Shown one piece after another: positions 8,594-17,561 of a DNA stretch of 64,000 bases. The position numbers and the translations under genes were made by a program. Each line of letters begins with the position of its first letter. Positions within the stretch are counted from its first letter, which is position 1. Source of the stretch: Candidatus Entotheonellaceae bacterium (GTDB lineage Bacteria > Tectomicrobia > Entotheonellia > Entotheonellales > Entotheonellaceae); NCBI GenBank assembly GCA_965238075.1, contig OZ250173.1:448001-512000 (forward strand). The letters are read 5' to 3'. The notes beneath the pieces were generated by a model. It was not told the origin of the DNA, did not search any database, and saw nothing but the letters and a program-made list of their open reading frames with translations.

Positions 8594-10393
8594 ATGGCCA
8601 ACGTGAAGAGCATCAGCAAGCAGAAGCCAAGCTCAATGCCATACAACAAATACGAACCCTATCCGTACGCACCCCCTCTAGCTAATCGGACTTGGCCGGA
8701 CCGCATCATCACCGAGGCGCCTCTCTGGTGCTCGGTCGATCTTCGCGACGGCAATCAGGCGTTGATTGACCCGATGGACGCGCCTCGCAAGAAGCAGATG
8801 TTTGAGGTACTGGTGGAGATGGGGTTCAAAGAAATTGAGATTGGCTTTCCATCCGCCTCAGCCCCGGATTTCGATTTCTGCCGCCTGTTGATCGAGGAGG
8901 ATCTGATTCCAGACGATGTCTGGGTCCAGGTACTCACCCAATCTCGTTCCGAACTCATCTCGCGCAGTTTTGAAGCCCTGAGCGGTTGTGAACGGGCAAT
9001 TATGCATCTGTACAATCCAACGTCGACCCTCCAACGGCGCGTGGTGTACGGTCTTGACCGGGCCGGCATTATCGACCTCGCTGTCACAGGCACCCGCCAG
9101 TGCCGGCTGTTGCGCGAGGCCATGAGCAACACACACGTCCGTTTTGAGTATTCGCCGGAGTCTTTTACCGGCACAGAGATCGACTTCGCAATTGAAATCT
9201 GCGAACGCGTGTCGGAGGAGTGGGGCGCAACGCCTGAAGAGCCGCTCATTCTCAATCTGCCGGCCACGGTGGAGATGTCCACGGCTAATCTGTATGGCGA
9301 CCTCATTGAGTATTTCCATCGCAACATTCGGAATCGCGACGCCATCATTTTGTCGCTGCATCCACACAACGACCGGGGTTGTGGTGTCGCGGCGGCCGAA
9401 TTTGGCCTGATGGCCGGGGCGGACCGCGTCGAAGGGACGCTTTTTGGCAATGGTGAGCGTACGGGTAACGTTGACATCATCACGCTGGCCATGAATCTGT
9501 TTTCCCAAGGCGTCGATCCGGAGCTGGAGATAGACCATATTGATCACTTGCGTCGTGTTGCGGAGTACTGTAACCAGTTGCCCGTTCACCCACGCCATCC
9601 CTACGGAGGGGACTTGGTTTACACCGCGTTTTCGGGCAGCCATCAGGACGCCATCAAGAAGGGCTTCGAGGCTCTCGAAAAAGACTACACACTGTGGCAG
9701 GTTCCCTATCTGCCAATTGACCCCGCTCACGTAGGAAGGACCTACCAGGACGTGATCCGGGTCAACAGCCAATCGGGCAAGGGTGGTGTGGCCTACGTAT
9801 TGAAGAACAGTTATGGCCTTAATCTGCCGCGACGATTACAAGTGGAATTCAGTCAGATCATTCAGTCGATCACCGATGAAGGTGGCGAGATTCTGCCGGA
9901 AAGGATCAAAGCGACATTTGACGAGACCTATCTGCATACCGAGAGTCCTTTGACGTATCTGGGACATCGCAGCAATTTTGACTCGTCGAACTCGTCGGAT
10001 AGCGAGGTCACCGCACGGGTGCGGCTGAACGGTTCCGAGATCGAAGTCTCAGGGTCAGGGAACGGACCTTTGTCGGCGTTCAAAAATGCCCTTGAGACTC
10101 AATGCGGGATTAACGTCCATCTGGTCGACTATCAGGAACATGCGGTTGGCGCCGGCGCCGGTGCGAGGGCGGCAGCCTACGTTGAGATCGAGACCCCGGA
10201 CCAACGGGTTCGCTGGGGTGCCGGGATCGATTCCAATATCGTGACGGCGAGTTTCCAAGCCCTGATTTCAGCGATCAATCGTGCCGCAGATACGCACTCG
10301 CTTAAGCCCGGCGCTATGCATAATCGAGTACAGGCCGACGCCTCGCCGTTCGGAGAAACGCATGACCGAAAAACCTTCGCCCGCCATTGCTGA
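8594..10393 (+). CDS. leuA: 2-isopropylmalate synthase (yeast/actinobacterial type)
   Basis: WCSVDLRDGNQAL, EYSPESF, NLPATVE, SLHPHNDRG, FGNGERTGN, SGSHQDAIKKG and C-terminal regulatory domain; GGAGG RBS. Confidence 0.97.
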   Translation: MANVKSISKQKPSSMPYNKYEPYPYAPPLANRTWPDRIITEAPLWCSVDLRDGNQALIDPMDAPRKKQMFEVLVEMGFKEIEIGFPSASAPDFDFCRLLIEEDLIPDDVWVQVLTQSRSELISRSFEALSGCERAIMHLYNPTSTLQRRVVYGLDRAGIIDLAVTGTRQCRLLREAMSNTHVRFEYSPESFTGTEIDFAIEICERVSEEWGATPEEPLILNLPATVEMSTANLYGDLIEYFHRNIRNRDAIILSLHPHNDRGCGVAAAEFGLMAGADRVEGTLFGNGERTGNVDIITLAMNLFSQGVDPELEIDHIDHLRRVAEYCNQLPVHPRHPYGGDLVYTAFSGSHQDAIKKGFEALEKDYTLWQVPYLPIDPAHVGRTYQDVIRVNSQSGKGGVAYVLKNSYGLNLPRRLQVEFSQIIQSITDEGGEILPERIKATFDETYLHTESPLTYLGHRSNFDSSNSSDSEVTARVRLNGSEIEVSGSGNGPLSAFKNALETQCGINVHLVDYQEHAVGAGAGARAAAYVEIETPDQRVRWGAGIDSNIVTASFQALISAINRAADTHSLKPGAMHNRVQADASPFGETHDRKTFARHC

Positions 10394-11042
10394 GCGGCTT
10401 TCGCAGGAGGAAGTAGCGGCGTTTTTCCGCCTTCACCTGCAGATCCACGGCCCGAATTGGCGGGGACTCGGTTGGCAGAGTCAGCGCAGCCAGCAGCGGC
10501 GCTTCGCTGTCCTGTCTGAGGTCGGCCCGTTAGCGAACGCCCACGTGCTGGACATCGGCTGCGGCGTGGGCGATCTCTACAAGTACCTGCTGCGGCGACG
10601 CATTCCGGTGAATTACACGGGCTTCGATATTTTGCCTGAGATGGTCGCCCATGCTCGCACGCGCTACCCGGAAGCGCAGTTTGAGGTGCGGGACGCGCTG
10701 CAAGGACTAGGTTCCCAGCAGTTTGATTACGTCCTGTGTTCCGGGGCGTTCAACGTCAATTTCGGGCGCAATCTGGAAGCGGCGCAGGAAGTCCTCAACG
10801 AGTTGCTGCGTTGCAGCACCCGCGGCGTGGCGATCAATTTCCTCAGCACGCGGGCACGCGAACGAGATGCCATCCTGTTTAACTACGATCCTGAAGTGTT
10901 GTTTACATACTGCCAAACCCTCACCCCGCATGTGAAGTTGCTGGAGGGGTATTTGCCGAATGATTTCACGCTGTATCTTTATCCTGAGCGCAGTGACAAA
11001 ATCCAGCGTGCTGAACCTGTCCTGGAAAGGAGCCCATCGTGA
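10362..11042 (+). CDS. Class I SAM-dependent methyltransferase
   Basis: LGWQSQRSQQRRF, VLDIGCGVG, YTGFDI, FDYVLCSG and YLPNDFT. Confidence 0.88.
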   Translation: MTEKPSPAIAERLSQEEVAAFFRLHLQIHGPNWRGLGWQSQRSQQRRFAVLSEVGPLANAHVLDIGCGVGDLYKYLLRRRIPVNYTGFDILPEMVAHARTRYPEAQFEVRDALQGLGSQQFDYVLCSGAFNVNFGRNLEAAQEVLNELLRCSTRGVAINFLSTRARERDAILFNYDPEVLFTYCQTLTPHVKLLEGYLPNDFTLYLYPERSDKIQRAEPVLERSPS

Positions 11043-11656
11043 TTTATGAAGTCCGTACGTACGACCTGAAACCGGGGTCGGTCGCCCAGTGGGAGGGCCA
11101 TTTCGAGGCGGCCTTACCCAACCGCGTGAAGTATTCGGAGTTGGCGGCGCTGTGGCACACGGATATCGGGCCGTTGAATGAGGTGATCCACGTGTGGCCG
11201 TATGAGAACCTGGAGCAGCGGACGGAGGTCCGCGCCAAGGCTGCGCAGGAGCCGGGCTGGCCGCCCAAGGGTGGCGAACTGCTGTTGTCGATGGAATCCC
11301 AGATCTGGACGCCGGCGCCTTTTTCACCGGCCCTTGGCGGCAACCGGAAACTGGGCAATGTCTACGAGATGCGTATCTACGAATACCAGCCGGGGTCGAT
11401 GCCCAAGGTGCTGGCGGCGTGGGAAAAGTCACTGCCCAAGCGTGTTGAACTGTCGCCGATTGCCGGCTGCATGTACACCGACATTGGTGGCCTCAATTTG
11501 TGGATGCACATTTGGCCATACGCCGACCTTAGCGAGCGCGACCGCATCCGGGCGGCCTCGATGCAATTGGCCGATTGGCCGCCGCAGACGCGCGAGTGGC
11601 TAGTCAACATGCAGAACAAGATTGTCGTGCCGGCGGCGTGTTCGCCCATGGCATGA
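11039..11656 (+). CDS. NIPSNAP family protein (two domains)
   Basis: Two YE(V/M)RxY...T(D)IG.LN...H(V/I)WPY repeats; GTGA overlap with the upstream gene. Confidence 0.92.
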   Translation: MIYEVRTYDLKPGSVAQWEGHFEAALPNRVKYSELAALWHTDIGPLNEVIHVWPYENLEQRTEVRAKAAQEPGWPPKGGELLLSMESQIWTPAPFSPALGGNRKLGNVYEMRIYEYQPGSMPKVLAAWEKSLPKRVELSPIAGCMYTDIGGLNLWMHIWPYADLSERDRIRAASMQLADWPPQTREWLVNMQNKIVVPAACSPMA

Positions 11657-11707
11657 GGTTGCCTGCGGGACCGACTCAGGTTGAAATCCGTCGGTCCCCA
11701 TGCGTCC

Positions 11708-11736
11708 TTGACAAGCTGGGTGTATCCGAATAGATT
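11708..11736 (+). promoter_or_regulatory. Sigma70-type promoter
   Basis: TTGACA-17 nt-TAGATT, about 100 bp before the FmdB-family gene. Confidence 0.6.
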
Positions 11737-11832
11737 ACAGCCTGGATAGTGGTAATGCCTTACAATTCAAACGGATCAGTGTCACACGCCATGTCTTGTT
11801 CGGGAGTTTGAGGAGAGGGAGGGAATCTTTCA

Positions 11833-12186
11833 ATGCCGATTTACGAGTATCGTTGCCAAGATTGCAATCACGAATTCGAACGGATGCAGAAATTTTCAGA
11901 CCCCCCGATTGGGGCCTGCCCGACCTGCTCCGGCTCGGTGCAGAAGCTCATCTCGCGGTCTGCATTTCATCTCAAGGGTAGTGGCTGGTACGTGACCGAC
12001 TATGGGCGTAACGGTGGCGAGAAAAGCGAATCGTCAGAGTCAGAAAAGAGCACGACAGAGAGCACAACAAGCGACAAGAGTACGTCCGAAAAGAGTGACG
12101 GCAAGGCCGCGACAGCAAGTGCGCCATCGGGAAGCAGCAGCGAATCCGCCAAGAAAAAATCGTCAGGAACAACTGCTGCAGCGTAG
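11833..12186 (+). CDS. FmdB family zinc-ribbon protein with Ser/Thr/Lys-rich tail
   Basis: MPIYEYRCQDC...CPTC...HLKGSGWYVTDY. Confidence 0.93.
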   Translation: MPIYEYRCQDCNHEFERMQKFSDPPIGACPTCSGSVQKLISRSAFHLKGSGWYVTDYGRNGGEKSESSESEKSTTESTTSDKSTSEKSDGKAATASAPSGSSSESAKKKSSGTTAAA

Positions 12187-12212
12187 CGTTTCGCAACAAC
12201 CCATCCCGCCTT

Positions 12213-12488
12213 TTACAAACGCTGCCCGGCGCCTCGTGAACGGATGCTGACGCTGAAGAGGGGCTTTTCACGCGACGCGAAAATGTTTTTGAATTGTTGC
12301 TTCGAGAAACCCTCCTCGCTTCCAGGACGCCGCCGATAATGCAGTTCCAATTGGCGTCCATTCTTACCTAAGCCGCGAACAACAATCTTCTCCTCCACGA
12401 TCCGAATCTGAAAGGTGCCGTATTGCACCTCCTCGCCGCGGGCCAAATGGCGGAACATGTTTTGCGTCAACGCCGTGTATTTCTTCAT
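12213..12488 (-). CDS. Hypothetical protein (91 aa)
   Basis: Strong GAGGAGG RBS, ATG start, downstream of trkA; no family recognised. Confidence 0.65.
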   Translation of the reverse strand: MKKYTALTQNMFRHLARGEEVQYGTFQIRIVEEKIVVRGLGKNGRQLELHYRRRPGSEEGFSKQQFKNIFASREKPLFSVSIRSRGAGQRL

Positions 12489-12561
12489 CTTGACCTCCTC
12501 GAATATCTTGAACGCCGGGGGCAGAAATACGAGAGCCCCGTGGATGGACCAGCGTCGTCAA

Positions 12562-13917
12562 TTAAGCGCCGAATAGCTTGGCTGCCTGCGGCACAGCGGC
12601 GGGCAGGGCAAACACGATGACCCGGTCGTTCTCCTGGATCACGGTGTCACCGCGCGGAATGACGATTTCGTCGCCATGGGCCACCGCCCCAACCAAAACG
12701 CCGGAGGGCATCCTGACCTTGTATAGAGGCTTGCCAACGATCTTGGCACGCCGGGCAGCGACCAACTCTAGCGTTTCGGCCTCCGTGTTGATGGACGTGA
12801 ACACCGACAGCACCTGCCCGCGGCGCAAATGGCGAAGAATCGCCCCCGCCGTGATCAGGCGCGGCGAGATCGCCGCGTCGATACCCAAAGCGGCAACCAG
12901 CGGCACGAGATCCGGCCGTTTGATGAGGGTGACGACGCCCCGCGCACCATTGGTTTTGGCCAACAAGGCCGCGATGAGATTGGTGCCTTCATCGTTCGTC
13001 ACCGCAATCACCGCATCCATGTCCGTGACGCCTTCCTCCCGCAACAATTTCAGGTCCGTCGCGTTGCCATGCAGCACCAAGGTATTCGGCAATCGGCTGG
13101 CCAGCATCTGACACCGTGCGGGGTCCTGCTCCAACAACCGTACGTCATAGTCCGTCTCATCCTGCTCCAGCATATGCGCCACGTTGTAACCCACTCGCCC
13201 GCCGCCGATGATGAACACCTTGCGGGCCGGGTGTGACACGATGCCCAACAAATGCAGGTTGTCCCGGAGGAGGTCGCTCTGGCCGATAACGAGCAAATGA
13301 TCATCGGCCTCAATCATCGTGTTGCCGGTCGGGATTAACGTTTCTCGTCCGCGTTGTATCGCCGCAATGAGAAAGGGCGCTGGCCCATCGCCGATACCGG
13401 GGATGTCCCGGAGCCGATGGCGGACGATCGGTGCCAATTTCTGCACCCGGAAAACCAAGAGCTTCACGCGGCCTTCGAGAAAGTCGGCAGCTTCCTCCGC
13501 GCCCGGCGCCTTGATCAGTCGACAGACTTCCTCCGCCACGGCCTGACTCGGATTGATCAGGAGATCAATGCCGATGTGCTTGCCGGCTTGCATGAGCGCC
13601 GTCTCGCGAAAATCCGGCTCGTTGATGCGCGCAATGCAGCTGGGCACCCCGGATTGACGGGCCAGAAGGCACGCAACCAGATTGACCTCGTCCGAGCTGG
13701 TGACGGCGATCAACATGTCCGTGCGGTCGATCTCAGCGTCCTCCAGCACCTGCGGGCTTGCCGCGTGACCCCGGAAGGCCAGGACGTCCAACTCCTCTTT
13801 CACCCGTTCGATAAGCTCGGGCGAGTGATCAATGACAACCACATCGTGCTGCTCGCGGATCAGACGGCTGGCAACGTGGTAGCCGACCTCCCCCGCTCCA
13901 AGGACGATGATGCGCAC
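12562..13917 (-). CDS. trkA: Trk potassium uptake NAD-binding subunit
   Basis: Two RCK-N domains (GAGEVG; GGGRVG), each followed by an RCK-C domain (IPTGNTMI; IPRGDTVI). Confidence 0.96.
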   Translation of the reverse strand: MRIIVLGAGEVGYHVASRLIREQHDVVVIDHSPELIERVKEELDVLAFRGHAASPQVLEDAEIDRTDMLIAVTSSDEVNLVACLLARQSGVPSCIARINEPDFRETALMQAGKHIGIDLLINPSQAVAEEVCRLIKAPGAEEAADFLEGRVKLLVFRVQKLAPIVRHRLRDIPGIGDGPAPFLIAAIQRGRETLIPTGNTMIEADDHLLVIGQSDLLRDNLHLLGIVSHPARKVFIIGGGRVGYNVAHMLEQDETDYDVRLLEQDPARCQMLASRLPNTLVLHGNATDLKLLREEGVTDMDAVIAVTNDEGTNLIAALLAKTNGARGVVTLIKRPDLVPLVAALGIDAAISPRLITAGAILRHLRRGQVLSVFTSINTEAETLELVAARRAKIVGKPLYKVRMPSGVLVGAVAHGDEIVIPRGDTVIQENDRVIVFALPAAVPQAAKLFGA

Positions 13918-14098
13918 AATGATGTCCCTTCTGTGTTATTGACTGGCTGGCCGAAGCCCAAGGTTTTGCTGATTGATGCAGCGCGGACGGCGCCAAGTTT
14001 AGTGTCTGCTAACTCTCGCACGGCAGGGATGGGAAGGAGTTGTAACAACACCCTCGGTCAGGTGTCAAGGGCATAAAATGCTCGTCGTCTCTTCAGGG

Positions 14099-14126
14099 TT
14101 GACACGACGCGCGGAAGGTCGATAAT
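14099..14126 (+). promoter_or_regulatory. Sigma70-type promoter; a divergent TTGACA promoter for trkA lies at about 14039-14068 on the minus strand
   Basis: TTGACA-16 nt-GATAAT on plus; TTGACA-18 nt-TACAAC on minus. Confidence 0.5.
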
Positions 14127-14280
14127 CGGCCCAACGTAGCCTGAGCGGCATACCAGAATTCACGGGGATGAGCAGTCCGGCTCATCGTTTCCTGAACATC
14201 AATTGCCTGCGTAGAATTCGCCGATCCCCAGCCGATGGTGGCAAGGTCCGGGGGCTTGGCTGGCGCTGGGAGTGCACACG

Positions 14281-15270
14281 ATGAAGGTGATGCAGATTGG
14301 CTTGGGCTCCATAGGTAAGGCGGTTACCCGGCTGCTGCTCACGAAGCCCGGCTGGCAAATTGCCGCAGCTTTTGACATTGACCCAGCCAAGCAAGGACGA
14401 GATCTCGGCGAAGTTGTCGAGATCGATCAACGGCTTCGTATTCCGGTGCGCGGAGATTTTCTGGATTTTCAACAGTACAACGACGTTGACGTCGCCTTGC
14501 TGACCACCGTCTCCACCCTTCCCGAAATTCTGCCTACCCTGCACGCCCTGATGGAGCGAGGTATCAATATTGTCGCCTCTGCTGAAGAATTGTTCTATCC
14601 GCACTACCGCTACCCCGATGAAGCCCGCCGGCTCGATGAAATGGCCAAAAAACACGGTGTTTCCATCCTGGGCACGGGTGTGACGCCGGGCTTCGTCATG
14701 GACACGCTGGTGCTGATGCTCACGGGAATGTGCCAGCAGATCAACCGCTTGGCGGTTACACGAGTGGTCAATGCGTCGGGAAGCCGCCCCTCGCTGCAAC
14801 AGAAAATCGGCATCGGGCTGACGAAGGACAGTTTTGCCGAACAGGAGGCGCAGCACCGTGTGGGCGTGGTCGGCCTGGTCGATTCGCTGGCCTTCCTGGC
14901 GCACGTCCTCCAATGGCCAATGGACGATTTCAAAGAACGGCTCGTGCCCGTCATCACCGACAGACCCCTGCGCGTAGGACGCCAACAGCTAAAACCGCAA
15001 CAGGTTTGCGGGGTGCGCTACGTCGTCAAGGGCATCAGCCACGGCAAGGAGGTCATTTCCTTTGACCTGCGAACCTACCTCGAGGCCGACAACGCCCGCA
15101 ACACGATCTATATTGAAGGGACGCCGTCGCTGGAAATGACGATCAAGAGCAACGACATGGGAGACTCCGCGACGGCAGGCCTCCTCGTTAATATGAGCCC
15201 CGACGTGCACCAGGCGCAGCCCGGATTGCTCACCGCCCTTGACCTACCCCTGCCGCATTTTCAGCGCTAA
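14281..15270 (+). CDS. Dihydrodipicolinate reductase-like / 2,4-diaminopentanoate dehydrogenase-family oxidoreductase
   Basis: GLGSIG Rossmann motif, SAEELFYP, GTGVTPGFVMD, KIGIG and C-terminal QAQPGLLT. Confidence 0.82.
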   Translation: MKVMQIGLGSIGKAVTRLLLTKPGWQIAAAFDIDPAKQGRDLGEVVEIDQRLRIPVRGDFLDFQQYNDVDVALLTTVSTLPEILPTLHALMERGINIVASAEELFYPHYRYPDEARRLDEMAKKHGVSILGTGVTPGFVMDTLVLMLTGMCQQINRLAVTRVVNASGSRPSLQQKIGIGLTKDSFAEQEAQHRVGVVGLVDSLAFLAHVLQWPMDDFKERLVPVITDRPLRVGRQQLKPQQVCGVRYVVKGISHGKEVISFDLRTYLEADNARNTIYIEGTPSLEMTIKSNDMGDSATAGLLVNMSPDVHQAQPGLLTALDLPLPHFQR

Positions 15271-15279
15271 GGATTCGCC

Positions 15280-16437
15280 ACGGCTATTCCCCAGACTAAC
15301 GCACCTACCGACCCTGCGAACGGGCAGACGGGCGGGGTGCTGCCGCTGCAAAAGCTACGCGACGCCTTCGAGGCGGGCTGGATTACGGCCCCGACTCCGG
15401 GCATCGAGGCCGAGCAATTGCAGCCGGCCAGCCTGGATCTGCGGCTAGGGCGGGTCGCGTACCGCATCCGAAGCAGCTTTCTGCCCGGACGGGAGACCGT
15501 GGCCGAGAAGCTCGCCTACCTGACGATGTACGAATTACCCCTCACACCGGCGGCAATCCTGGAACGCGGCCACGTCTATCTCATCCCCTTGCTCGAAGAG
15601 CTGGCGCTGCCGAACCATGTGCACGCCAAAGCCAATCCGAAGAGCTCCACCGGGCGGCTGGACGTGTTCACCCGTGTTATCACCGACGCCAACCAGCGCT
15701 TTGACGACATACGCCCCGGCTATCGCGGCCGGCTCTATCTGGAGATCTTTCCGCGCTCGTTTACGATCAAGGTCTGTCACGGCTTGTCACTGAATCAACT
15801 GCGGTTGTTCAGCGGCACCGGGGCTCTGGACAACAACGGCCTGTCCCGCCTGTATCAGGCGGAACCTCTGCTGTACAGCGACGATGATCGGCCGCTGCCG
15901 CTGAGCGACGTGAATGTGGACGGCGGGCTGTTCATGGGGGTGGAAACGGCGCGTCGCGACGGCGACATCATCGGCTATAAGGCGCGGAAAAACAGCGACA
16001 TCATCGACTTGGCTCAGGTCGGCTTCTACGAGCCATCGGATTTCTGGGAACCAATCCGCTGCGTGTCGCAACGCCCGCTGATCCTGGAACCGGAGGAATT
16101 CTACATCCTGGCCTCCAAAGAAAAGGTGCGGGTGCCGCCCAATTATGCGGCCGAATTGATGGCGTACGACGCCGGCTCAGGGGAACTGCGAACCCATTAT
16201 GCCGGTTTCTTCGACCCTGGCTTCGGCTATGGCAGCGACGCGCACCGAGGCGCCAAGGCCGTTCTGGAAGTGCGGCCGCACGACGTGCCGTTTCTCATCG
16301 AGGACGGACAACTCTTCTGCAAGCTCTGCCTGGAGCGCACCACCGAAACGCCGGAAATTACGTATGGCGAGAGGCTGGCGTCACACTACCAAGGCCAAGC
16401 CCTGAAGCTCAGCAAACAGTTTCGCCCTTGGCTCTGA
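15280..16437 (+). CDS. dcd: dCTP deaminase (long two-domain type); start uncertain (ACG 15280 or GTG 15337)
   Basis: QPASLDLRLG, ANPKSSTGRLDVFTR, HYAGFFDPGFG, LEVRPHDVPF and YQGQALKLSK. Confidence 0.93.
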   Translation, partial: TAIPQTNAPTDPANGQTGGVLPLQKLRDAFEAGWITAPTPGIEAEQLQPASLDLRLGRVAYRIRSSFLPGRETVAEKLAYLTMYELPLTPAAILERGHVYLIPLLEELALPNHVHAKANPKSSTGRLDVFTRVITDANQRFDDIRPGYRGRLYLEIFPRSFTIKVCHGLSLNQLRLFSGTGALDNNGLSRLYQAEPLLYSDDDRPLPLSDVNVDGGLFMGVETARRDGDIIGYKARKNSDIIDLAQVGFYEPSDFWEPIRCVSQRPLILEPEEFYILASKEKVRVPPNYAAELMAYDAGSGELRTHYAGFFDPGFGYGSDAHRGAKAVLEVRPHDVPFLIEDGQLFCKLCLERTTETPEITYGERLASHYQGQALKLSKQFRPWL

Positions 16438-16477
16438 GGCGGCATCGGGATGGAATCGGCAGGCAGCGGCGCGCGTT

Positions 16478-16506
16478 TTGACATCATTTGGTGCGCTGAG
16501 TAGAAT
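16478..16506 (+). promoter_or_regulatory. Sigma70-type promoter of moaDE
   Basis: TTGACA-17 nt-TAGAAT, 18 bp before the moaD ATG. Confidence 0.7.
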
Positions 16507-16524
16507 CGCGTCGAGGAAAAATAC

Positions 16525-16800
16525 ATGCATGTCACGGTGATATTGTTCGCCCAGTTACGGGAAAAAGCCGGCACCGGCATCCTGGCTCTCGACCTGCCCC
16601 ATGGGGCGGATTTGAAGCAGGCGGCTGAGGCCATACGGCATCAACAACCCGCCCTGGAGCCTTATCTGGACAACCTGCGCTTTTCTCTCCATATGGACTT
16701 CGTTGAAGCAGATACGACCCTGCACGAGGGCGACGAAGTCGTTCTCATCCCGCCTGTGAGTGGAGGATACGGATGTTCCGCGTCACGACAGAACCCTTAG
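16525..16800 (+). CDS. moaD: Molybdopterin synthase sulfur carrier with 10-aa tail after Gly-Gly
   Basis: LFAQLREKAG...GDEVVLIPPVSGG followed by YGCSASRQNP. Confidence 0.9.
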   Translation: MHVTVILFAQLREKAGTGILALDLPHGADLKQAAEAIRHQQPALEPYLDNLRFSLHMDFVEADTTLHEGDEVVLIPPVSGGYGCSASRQNP

Positions 16801-17183
16801 ACGTGCAACAAGTCCACAACCTCGTCAAAAGTCCTGCCGACGGCGCGGTCGTCACCTTTGACGGCATTGTGCGCAACAATTTTGGCGGACGGGAGGTGCG
16901 TTATCTGGAGTACGAAGCCTACGCGGCCATGGCGGAGAAAAAAATGGCCGAAATCGCCGCGGAGGTGCAGAACAAATTCGCGGTAGGCAACATTGCCATG
17001 GTGCATCGTATCGGGCGGCTGGAAATCGGCGAAAGCAGTATCCTGATCGCCATTGCGGCGCCCCACCGTCAGCCCGCCTTCGAGGCGTGCGCGCATGCCA
17101 TGGATCGTGTCAAGGAAGAAGTGCCGGTGTGGAAAAAAGAGTTCTTCGCCGACGGCGAGTCCCATTGGGTGCAACCAAACTGA
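16773..17183 (+). CDS. moaE: Molybdopterin synthase catalytic subunit
   Basis: GAVVTFDGIVR, LEYEAY, HRIGRL, APHR and PVWKKE. Confidence 0.96.
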   Translation: MFRVTTEPLDVQQVHNLVKSPADGAVVTFDGIVRNNFGGREVRYLEYEAYAAMAEKKMAEIAAEVQNKFAVGNIAMVHRIGRLEIGESSILIAIAAPHRQPAFEACAHAMDRVKEEVPVWKKEFFADGESHWVQPN

Positions 17184-17189
17184 AGCGGT

Positions 17190-17462
17190 TCAGTCGGTGC
17201 TCTCCGGCGGCACACCGTTTTCCGCCAAGATTTGCCGCCGAGCTCTGATGCGTTGATAGGCGAACAGGGCACCCATCCCACCGATGAAGAGTGCCGGCAG
17301 AAAGACTATCTCCAGAACTTGCAAAGACTTTTCCCATCGCAGTGCGTGGAACGCGATATACAAAGACGGAGCGAGCGTCAGAAAGCACACACCCGCGATC
17401 AGAATGGCAACCACCAACACGTCCCGACGGGGCGGCGAAGGCATAGAAGACATAAGCGGCAT
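17190..17462 (-). CDS. Small two-TM membrane protein
   Basis: Two hydrophobic helices; AAGGA RBS before ATG. Confidence 0.6.
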   Translation of the reverse strand: MPLMSSMPSPPRRDVLVVAILIAGVCFLTLAPSLYIAFHALRWEKSLQVLEIVFLPALFIGGMGALFAYQRIRARRQILAENGVPPESTD

Positions 17463-17561
17463 CCAGGGTTATCCTTGAGCTTGCAACGTTACATGTCCAT
17501 TGATCACACCGATGTTATCACACGCGTCTGGTACTGCCCAGTCGCTTGAGGGCCACAGACT

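Noticed and set aside
12020..12180. Repetitive Ser/Thr/Glu/Lys stretch
   Set aside because: Ordinary low-complexity tail of an FmdB-family protein, not a DNA repeat array.
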